Source of the DNA: Camelus dromedarius
Taxonomy: Eukaryota
NCBI RefSeq assembly: GCF_036321535.1
Contig: NC_087437.1
Coordinates: 4,836,001 to 4,900,000 of the forward strand
Length of the DNA: 64,000 bases
Direction of reading: 5' to 3'
A program made the translations under genes and the position numbers. The notes beneath the pieces were generated by a model. It was not told the origin of the DNA and did no database searches. It was given only the letters and a program-made list of their open reading frames with translations. Of this stretch, positions 1 through 9,109 are shown one piece after another. Numbering within the stretch: the stretch's first letter is position 1; every line of letters starts with the position of its first letter.

Positions 1-61
1 CTGTAAAAAATGCAGTATCTGCAAAGTGCAATAAAGCAAAATGCAATGAAACAGTCATCTG
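1..61 (+). mobile_element. Tigger1-like (TcMar) DNA transposon 3' terminus
   Basis: aaaaatgcagtatctgcaaagtgcaataaagcaaaatgcaatgaaac...ctg followed by TA target dinucleotide resembles the Tigger1 end. Confidence 0.65.
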
Positions 62-145
62 TAGTACACAAACCCTCTCCTCCTATTAGCCTCATTTCCC
101 TGTTCCTGTACGTTGTTACTGTCACAAATTACACTTCTTTTCATC

Positions 146-642
146 TTTTTTTTTAATTGAAGTATATAGTCTGTTTACAGTGTTGTGTCAATTTCTGGTG
201 TACAGCATGTTTCAGTCATACATACACACACATATATTTGTTTTCAGACTTTTTCATTGTAAGTTACAAGATATTGAATATAGTTCCCTGTGCTATACAG
301 TAGGACCTTGTTGTTTATTTTATATATAGTAGTGTGTATCTGCAAATCTCAACCCCCCAATTTATCCCTTCCCACCTCTTTTCCCCACTGGTAACCATAA
401 GTATTTTCTATGTCTGTGAGTCTGTTTTGTAAGTAAGTTCATTTGTCTCATTTTTTAAGATTCCACATATGAGTGATATCATATGGTATTTTTCTCTCTC
501 TGGCTCACTTCACTTAGAATGACAATCTCCTTGTCCATCCATGTTGCTGCAAATGGCATTACTTTATTATTTTTTATGGCTGTGTAGTATTCCATTGTAT
601 ATGTACACCACGCTTCTTTATCCAGTCATCTGTTGATGGACA
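146..642 (-). mobile_element. LINE-1 3' end (younger, laurasiatherian type), 5'-truncated
   Basis: Poly(T) followed by typical antisense L1 3'UTR text (ttaattgaagtat...ttccacatatgagtgatatcatatggtattt...tccatccatgttgctgcaaatggca); imperfect TSD acaa(a/g)ttaca at 124 and 643. Confidence 0.8.
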
Positions 643-2160
643 ACAAGTTACATTTTTATACATTGTGTGCCCATCAACACAGATTTATAAGTATAGCTTT
701 ATGCAGCTGACTTTTAAATCAGATAGGAGAAACAGAGAGTTATAAGAAAATAGATGTGTACCGTCTTTTAAATTCACCTGCTGTTATCTTTACTGTGGCT
801 CTTTATTTCTTCATGTGAATTTGTGACATTGTCTAATGTTCTTTCATTTCAGCCCAAAGGACTCTTTAGTATTTCTTGGGCAGGTCTGCTAGTGACAAAT
901 TCTGTTTTTGTTTATCTTAATAACAAATAGTTACAGGTTGGATCTTTTTGATTCTATATTCTACTGGGAGTTTTTTGAGCTTTTTTGAATTTGTGGATAA
1001 ACATTTTTCAAATTGGTAACTTTTCAGCCATTATTTCTTCAAATATTCTTTCTGCCTCCTTTTCTTTCTCTTCCCCTTCTTGGACCTGGCACGTGTGATG
1101 GGGTCCCACAGGTCTCTGAGCCTGAGAGCATTTTTCTTCCCCCTTATTCATCAAGACTAGATAGTTGTCCCATCTTCAAGCTCACTCATTGTTTCTTCTG
1201 CTCACTCAAGTCTAACATGCTATTTCAGCTATTGTAACCTCCAAATACAGAATTTCCATTTGCTTTTAAAAATATAATTTCTGTATATTTATTGATAGTC
1301 TCTATTTAGTGAGGCATTTAAAAATACTTTCATTCCTTAGACATGGTCTCCTTTAGCCCCTTGAACATATTTAAAGGAAGTGACTGAAATTCTTTGTCTA
1401 GTAAACCCAGTGTCTCAGCTTCTTCAAGGATACTCTGTCTGGACTGTTTTTCCTGTGTATGGGCCACACATTGTTTCTCTGCATAGCTCAGTCTTTTGTT
1501 GACAGTTGGACTTTTAAAACAGTATATTATGGCAGTTCTGGAGATCAGTTCATCCCTCTCCCCAGGGTTTGTTGTCATTGCTCGTTGTTATAATTGTTTA
1601 GTACAAGTTCGGTTAAGTCTGTGTTTTTTGCCTTATGTGGTCACTGAAGTCTCTGTTCAGCTTAGCAAACAGCTACTGACGGGACAGAGATTTCCTTAAA
1701 CTGTGGGCCCCCCAAATCTCCTAGTCTTTGCCAAGGGGCTGTGTATGTAAAGGCACACCTTCAAAACTCAGCCTGGGGGAGGGTACAGCTCAGGGGTAGA
1801 GTACATGCTTGGCATGCACGAGGTCCTGGGTTCAATCCCCAGTACCTCCTCTAAAAATATAGAAATAGGTAAAACTACCCCCCCTCCAAAATAATGAAAA
1901 AATAATACTTAAAAAAAACCAAAACGCAGTTGAAAATTAGCTTCCACCTCCTGCTTGTGCAGAGCCTCAAAATGAGCCACAGGTGAGGATGTAGGGCAGC
2001 CTCAGGCCTTCCATGATCATGCACACAGCTCTGAATACGCGTGGCATTTGGATTTCTGTAAGCACATCAGAGCTTTCCAAGTCTCCGATGGGCGCCGATC
2101 CCCCTGGGTTTTCCTGTTAAGCCGCTGGGTTGTCTGTTGCTTGCCAGCTCTTGTCCATCT
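643..2160 (-). mobile_element. Old L1M-type LINE-1 fragments (ORF1/5' region), interrupted by a SINE
   Basis: T-rich antisense L1 text (ttttcagccattatttcttcaaatattctttctgcc); ORF 1330..1578 ends NMFKGLKETMSKE, resembling degenerate L1 ORF1. Confidence 0.6.
1775..1919 (+). mobile_element. tRNA-derived SINE (camelid Vic-1-like)
   Basis: gggggagggtacagctcaggggtagag...gaggtcctgggttcaatccccagtacctcc with A/B boxes and A-rich tail; TSD-like caaaac(t/g)cag at 1762 and 1920. Confidence 0.85.
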
Positions 2161-4774
2161 TCTAAGGCAAGTGACACATTAGAGCTCTTGCCTGTATTTG
2201 TTTTTGAGAAACACCTCTCCTGGGAGAGTAACTTTCACACGGGGTCAGCTTTGAGTTAGCTCCACTGCAGACAGCATGGTGAGCAGGGGCCCCGGGTACC
2301 ATCGACAGGCCAAACGATGACATGGTTTGGGAATGAGGCTTTGAAAGGGCTCTAGCTTTGTCTTCCTTGTCCTGGCGGCCGTGAGGCTGCATGGAGAATG
2401 GGGGCTGTCAGCTGTCAGGGCGCCTGCAGAGCGGGAATGAGGGATGCAACTGGAGCGAGTGGTAACGCCACAGAGGCCCCCGTTCTTATCAAGACTCAGA
2501 GGTCCTTGCTCGGCCATTTTCACCAACCTCACTTGGCAAAAGCTGTCTGACCATTTGCAATGTCTCAGGTCCTGTTCCTAGTAGTTACCTGGCTGCAGGC
2601 AGCCGGAGGCCTTTCTTCCCCTGCCCTACGCTCTGCCTCCCAGATGGGAGGAGACAAAGCCCTTCTCCAGAAGCCCCTTGTCCTTCTCTTCATCCACGTT
2701 CTCTGTGCCTTTGGCATTTCTTACCATGAATATCTACCACAAACAGTTCTTCCTCACATATCCCGGGTCCCACCATCTCTGTGGCAGGGGTGAGGGTTCA
2801 AACCAGGTTACACAGAAGTAAGATGTCAGCTGAAAATTTTACTGTCAACATAAAAATTGCATTTTGATTGTTCCCGCGAGGTTGGAGGCGCTGTTGCAGT
2901 TCCTGCTGTTACCCTGGGTACCAGAAACAAGCCAAGTTGCCTTTTTCTTTCTTTGGGGCGGGGGGTGGTGGACAGCATCACCGTACAGCCCGAGTTTTAG
3001 AGCTTAGTGCTGACCTAACCCCGAGCATTGTGCCGTGCTCATTTCTAGCTGAAGGTGCAGGCAGGTCACACGCCGTGGACTGGGGACGGCTGAGCTCACA
3101 GGCGTCTGCGAGACGCTTCCACTCACCCAGACGCCTTCTCTGTTCAAGTGCCTGCCGCTGCTCGGGCTGAGCCACGATGTGCCCTCGGGCGAGAGTGACC
3201 TCAGCAGAATCCTCAGGTTTGCTCTGGGGGATCAGCTCACCATCGCTCTCTGTCCTCTTCCTGCTTTTGCCAGTTTGTTCCTTCAAACTTCTTCCGCTTT
3301 TTCAGCAAGATCTTACGGTGTCTCCCATCAGAAATTGTTTATGGAATCCCCTAGAGCATAAATGGCCAAGGCATTTTCTCAATCAAGGATGCCCCCCTCC
3401 CCCAAATACCAAATCTTAAACAGCCACCCAGTTAGGCTCACCAGCCTTCCTCTGCAGAGTGAGAACCATCTGATTCTCGTCTTGTCTCTCTCCCCAGCTG
3501 AGACGTACGCTTCCCAAGGGCAGGAGCTTTAACCCTGGGGTAGCTCCAGGATTTAAGACACTGCCTGTGCAGAGCGTGCTCAAGAACTGTCTGCTCCAGG
3601 ACTTAAAGGAAAATTGCATTTTCACTGTGCAGTTTAGAGGAGGGCGAAGAGGAAGAAATATTTTAAGATTAAATCTCGGGCTTTTCAAATTAAGGGAGTA
3701 CCACCTCAGCCTGTATTTCTTTCCTAATGAAGAAACAAGACAGGTAAGAATCCTAAGAAGTGAAACTGCCTGCAGGAAACAGGAACTACACAAAGGAAGG
3801 CGCAGAAAAGCAGCTCGCAGCAGCGCTGGAGCGGTGAGGTAGGGGCCAGTGAAATGGTCCAGATGGAGCGGAGAGCTGTCTACCCCTGGATGCTTTGTAC
3901 TCTCGGTCTTCGGTTAGATCAGGCTCCGATGGGGAGGGGACAGTCCCAGAAGGCACGCAAGGGGCCAGTGCTACATTGTTCTGGAGTCGGGGGCAGGCAG
4001 AAGGTTGGGTCTCCACCCTTGGAAAAGAGGAAGTCCAGTGAGTTCTACACGGCCGGGCGAGAACTTCCCAAGTCCAAGTTCATCTTGGCCGCCCACCTTG
4101 ACATCGGACTCCCTACACCAACCAGAAGGGGAACCACAGGAAGGGGAGGAGAAGGCGGGGTGGCAGAGGCTGCTCAGCAAGCCCGTGGATACACAGAGAC
4201 AGTGACGAATGGGCTGGTCACCGTCCCACGTGACGTGGACCGTGACGTGGACTCTGGTCATCCCTCCCCTCCGCGCAGAGCCCGCCGCCCATCTCACGGA
4301 GGAGCAGCCAGTGCGCAGTGGGCGGGTCACCCTCCCATGCGGCAGTCACGGAGGAGCACGGACGGAGCAGCCCGGCCAGACTCCAGACAGAGGCGTCACC
4401 CCGCCGGGCCGTCAGCCAACCTGCGGAGGCAGGAGAGAGGATGAGGGCTCAGGCTGAGGGACTTGAGGCAGCAGCGGAAACCTAAGCAGGTGTCCCTCTC
4501 TTCGCTCCGTCCCGAGGACACATTTTTTTGTCGCCTCTCCCTTGACTGCGGGCCGCCCAGAGCCTAGTGCGCAGCAGGTGTTTGCGGAACGTCTTGCGTT
4601 TTCGTGTGTTTCTTCTGAAGCTCATGACCTACGAGAATAAAACCGAAAGGAAGTTATTACATAATTTAGCCAAGCAGGTGGTCCCACTTCAAAACCACCG
4701 ATTTCAACCAGGCCCAGAAAGCACGCTGGAGGACGTCAGAGGTCACCAGGTGACCAAGAGCTCCCATGGTGGTG

Positions 4775-4960
4775 GATTTGAATCCAGGCTTCACCAATTA
4801 CTGGCCAAGCAATGGTGGGCAGAAGCGACTTGACCTGTCTCATCCCTCATCTGTCAAATGTTGCTGTTAATAGGACCTACCTCATGGCACAGCCGTGCGG
4901 ACTGAGAGATGTATTTCAAGTACTGACGACCTCGCCTGGTACTGACAAACACGTGGGCAC
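4775..4960 (+). mobile_element. MIR SINE remnant
   Basis: ttgaatccaggcttcacc...cctcatctgtcaaatg...taataggacctacctcatgg matches the MIR core. Confidence 0.6.
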
Positions 4961-5249
4961 TTGCTGGGAGTAGCAGCAGCGTGAAGTTACTTGTCAGCTC
5001 TGCCTGCTCCTCCAGTCCCCTGTCTGTATGTACCTGGCTGTTCTCACTTTTCCCTGACTTCTGTGCATATTTGTAACGAGCTCTTTTGTAGGTTTTTGTA
5101 GGTTTTCCTGGCCTGTTTCTGCTCAGGAAGGCTATGGGCTGGCATCTCTTCCACCCACCTCCCCTCCACCAACCATTTTAAGAACTGCTGATTTTGTCCT
5201 TCTCACCTAGGCTATCATTTGCCCCTTCTCCACCTGCTCCTGTCATGTT

Positions 5250-5515
5250 TGTTCCTCCATGTCCAGCCTAAATGTCAGCTCCTCCAAGAAGCCTGCTCTG
5301 ATCTTCCTTCGCAGAGTGACTTGCTGTTCTCTGCCCTTCCTTCGTTAGCAGTTCGCCTCCACCTCAGTGACACTTTCCTTTCTCCTTCTAGGTGTGGACC
5401 TCTCCACGATGAGATGATAAGCCTCAGGGGGACAGGGGCACAATTCCTAGGCTCACTGTCCACTCATTCCCAGCCCCCTGTGTGCAGCTGGCAAGCAGGA
5501 AGTATTTGTTGAATA
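5250..5515 (+). mobile_element. L2 LINE 3' end remnant
   Basis: aaatgtcagctcctccaagaagcct...agtatttgttgaata is typical of L2 3' termini. Confidence 0.55.
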
Positions 5516-5604
5516 ACTGTATTTGAAAAGCCCATTTTGAAAGGTTCATCTAAATTCTAGAACAGTTTTACTGAAAATTAATTTTTAAAAGAAAAGTCAA
5601 AACT

Positions 5605-5755
5605 GGGGGGAGGATGTAGCTCAAGCGGTAGAGCACACGCTTAGCATGCACAAGGTCCTGGGTTCAATCCCCAGTGCCTCCTCTAAAAGTAAATAAACAA
5701 ACCTAATTCCCGCCCACCCCCCAAATTATTTTTTTTTTAAAAAAGAGACACATTA
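5605..5755 (+). mobile_element. tRNA-derived SINE (camelid Vic-1-like)
   Basis: Same family as 1775; perfect 18-bp TSD aaaagaaaagtcaaaact at 5587-5604 and 5756-5773. Confidence 0.9.
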
Positions 5756-5849
5756 AAAAGAAAAGTCAAAACTAGTTACAACTGAACACTAATCAGACAT
5801 TTTAAGATAAAGGAAAAGACGTTTGCCCAGGAAAAAGAAAGACACTTGA

Positions 5850-8822
5850 CTTACTGCATTAAAAAACTTTATTTCGTTGAAAAGGTCCAATATTAGCCAA
5901 ATTAAACCCCAATTTGACAGCTACACTTAGAGCTCTCCTGAAGTGAATGGCACTGTTTGAGATGAGCGTCCTGTTAAAGGGGGTCACTGCTGCTCCCGCG
6001 CCGCCCGCAGGGCAGCTCTGGAGCAGGAGGAGCTGGTGTTCTCACACACACCAGATACTCCAGACGGCGCCTTTCATGCAGAAGTTAAAAAAGCAAACAG
6101 GCTTTTCTATTCTGTGCGTGGAAAACCCACTGCAGAGCAGGGCCTGACCGCTTCTGACAGACAAGGTGTAACTATAAAGGAGCTGACCGCGACGCTGCGC
6201 TCCTGCGCAGGCGGCCCGCGGGCGGCGCGATGCTGGTGCAGCCCGTTCCCTGCGTGGGCGGCGCTGTGGGGCCCCCCTCATCAGGGGCAGGCCGGAGGAA
6301 GCGGTTGTTCAAGCGGGGGCGGGGGGGGGCGGGGAGGGAGGAGACGCTCACACAGCGCGATCACAAAGAAATGGAACGGCTTTCCCAGTGCGCAAACCAT
6401 GGGAAGAACCACCGCACCACAGGTATTTTCAGTCACGGCATCTTTTACATAAAGTGGTGCAAGATCTAAATTCTGGGACGTGGGAGGCTAAATTAAAAAC
6501 ACTTGTTACTTTATAGCTACACCTTGGATCTGGTTAGATGTGGTCCATCTAACAGTGTGTCTCATGCGTCCTTCTGGAAATCACTTCCGCAGACGAGTCG
6601 CACGGCCTGTAAAAGAGAAGGTGTGGCAGAGGGCGTGAGTCCTGGGCGTTCTCCTGGAGGGCAGAGCCGGCCCCGGACGGGCGGCAGGTACCGGTCCGGG
6701 AGGGAGGATGCGGCGCCGGGCACGGAGGGCCTTGCGGACTGGGCGGCTCAGCCGGTGGGCGGGCTGCGCGGTGAGGTAGTCACTGCAAGTGTCCAAGGTG
6801 GCAAGGTCACCCTTGGAGAAGGGACTCCTGCATCTGTTAAAAGTTAGTGATGAACCCCAGGTCTCTTTCAATTCTGAGATTCTAGGAGATTCCCTCAGGG
6901 AATTCAGAAGTGAATTCCTAAAAGGAAAGAGAAAGCACACAGATACGTACTTTAGAATCCTCTTGAGTTTTTTCTTTTTGTTTCAAAAGGTACAATAGAA
7001 AACGCAGTCCGCGGTCTTTAAAATGCAAATTCACCTTCCTGCCACTGAGGAGGAGGAAGGATCTGTTATCACTCCTTTATATTATAAAGGAAAGATGGAA
7101 GATTACATTTATAATTTCTGTAAATATCTTAGAAAAAAATGCTTAAAACTAGTAGTCAATGCCCTAGAAATTTTATAGATTTTTAGGTACTATGCACAGA
7201 TACAAATACATTATTCATTAAATACAGCTCACATCTGTGTTTTATTATACTCTAAAATATACAGGGATCTTGATGTACTGAAAGAGTGCAAGTCAATACA
7301 GTATTCAAGCAGTCACTATTTCTATTTACATGCTCATTAATTCTTCAAAAACCCACAAAATTATCAAATAGATCAAAATACTGTTCTGTGTTTTCACACT
7401 TTATATTCAGAAAAACCAGCTGATAATTTACAATGTCATAAAGTTTTCCAGTTTCACAATACAAAAAGAATAAAATGAAATTGGGTATCATTTTGTGAAA
7501 ATTCATGGAACTTCACCCAGACCTATAAGACTCCTTCCCACATATGTGAAATCAATTTCACGGGAAAGTGACAGGTACAGTAAAGGCAGACCCACGGAGA
7601 CTGGTATTTAAAAGCCTGAACGTCAGCCCTTCCCCCTTTTTGTTCTCTGAAAGGCGGCCTCCCAGCTCAGCAGACAGCTGCTTCTCTCCCCACCCGCAGC
7701 CCGTCACACACATGCTGCTTCCAGTGTCAAGACGACCTGAACGCTTCAGGTAAACCGTGCCCAATATGGACGTGCCTTCCAAGACACCCGATGATGTTAC
7801 CTTACGGATAACAAGGGAGTTTTCTTTTTGGTTCTTCACCAACCACCGACAACAGAAACCCCCCAAGCCGCTGTGGAGGCACAGGGTGATGTCAGAGACA
7901 CAGGCGTACCATCCAGAGCAGTGAGGCTGAAACTGCACTCCCCGGGACCACTTAGCTGCAACAGGGTGAAAATAATCTACTTTTTGATTTCATGAGGTTT
8001 TCTTCTAGGAAACCCTTTACATTTTCAAACAAAAATAGTTCAATTTAAAACCTAAACCACTCACGACTGGGCAGCAGGAGCCCGACCCCAACCTGTCTTG
8101 TGTCTACGTCACAAATATTTCCACCCTGACTGCACCCAGTCAGCTGGTTTTCAATTCTAGTATTATAAAAGTTGGAATTTTAAAATTTTTATGTAAAAGA
8201 AAAAAATGTAAAAATACATCTGCTTTCTCTCATGGTTTAATACAGTATTAGAAGGCTTTCAGATGTTTTCTTACAAAAAAAAATCAACATTTAAAACCAA
8301 ATCTCAGCTTCATTTTCAGAAATATTAAAGTTTGGTTTAGATAATGTCTCATTTCACCCGCTCTGCTTCCGCAAGTGGCGTTCTATTAAAAACCTTCAAG
8401 TTATTTGGTCCTTTGGCAACTTGCTGTGCAGTAATGCCTACTGTACCAAACTTTTATTGCCCTTAAGTTTGTCGTTTTACTGGTAAAGGTTAAATCTAGT
8501 GTCCTGATCTCCTCTTTTACCATAGTGTTGCTTGTGTAAGCAGACTAGGGTGCAGTGTCCCAGATCACTCCTGGCACTGCAAGACCGAATCGCACAATCC
8601 CACCGAGCATCTCGACGGCGGGGTGTCCTTGGTCAAGTCGATTTCAAGATTCCAGAAGTTCCTTTTGCAAAACTTGCCTTTAAAACTCTTCTTCTTAACG
8701 TCATCATGTTTCTTACATTCGCTTACTCCGCGATCTCTCAGGTTGAATCTGTGCGTGCATAAGAAGGTGCCTTTTTCCAGAAAAAGCACAGCGCCAGCAC
8801 CCCGGGCCCCTGGCTCAGCCTC
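5850..8822 (-). other. ANKRD28: ANKRD28 3'UTR (~3 kb, distal end approximate)
   Basis: Follows the stop codon, contains no interspersed repeat I could recognise, and ends at an AATAAA with a downstream GU/U-rich tract. Confidence 0.75.
5868..5873 (-). terminator. Distal polyadenylation signal AATAAA of ANKRD28
   Basis: Minus strand reads cgaAATAAAgttttttaatgcagtaagtcaagtgtctttctttttcc: hexamer followed by GU/U-rich downstream element. Confidence 0.75.
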
Positions 8823-9109
8823 TCAGTAGGTCTCGGAGTCAGAGTCGTTGAGCTCGTCCACGTCGGTGTACAGGTACTCCTGCTCCCCGCCCACGTTGTT
8901 GAAACTGCAGTAGGAGCTGGGGTCGCTCCTCATGATGGGCAAGGCCTCGAAGCTGACCGTCTTTGAGGTGTTGCTGTAACGGTTAATAGCGTTGAATGTC
9001 AGCGATGACAAGGGGCTGCTGGATGAGACAGGCATCATGGTGGCCAAAATGAGGGCCAAGCAGTCGGCCACGTCCTTGTTGGGAGCACAGGCCAGAGCTG
9101 GGGTGTAGC
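8823..9109 (-). CDS. ANKRD28: ANKRD28 terminal exon, coding part (287 nt), [25 protein letters not shown]...SETY*
   Basis: Acceptor ctctag|GC; TGA stop at 8823-8825; ORF 8823..9071. Confidence 0.96.

Noticed and set aside
1775..1850. tRNA-like sequences with A and B boxes (also 5605 and 45835-45905)
   Set aside because: Followed by a shared non-tRNA body and A-rich tail and flanked by TSDs, so these are SINE heads and not tRNA genes.
3854..4444. 196-aa plus-strand ORF (longest in the track)
   Set aside because: Arg/Gly/Pro-rich with no recognisable domain, and overlapping ORFs exist in other frames; explained by stop-codon scarcity in GC-rich DNA.
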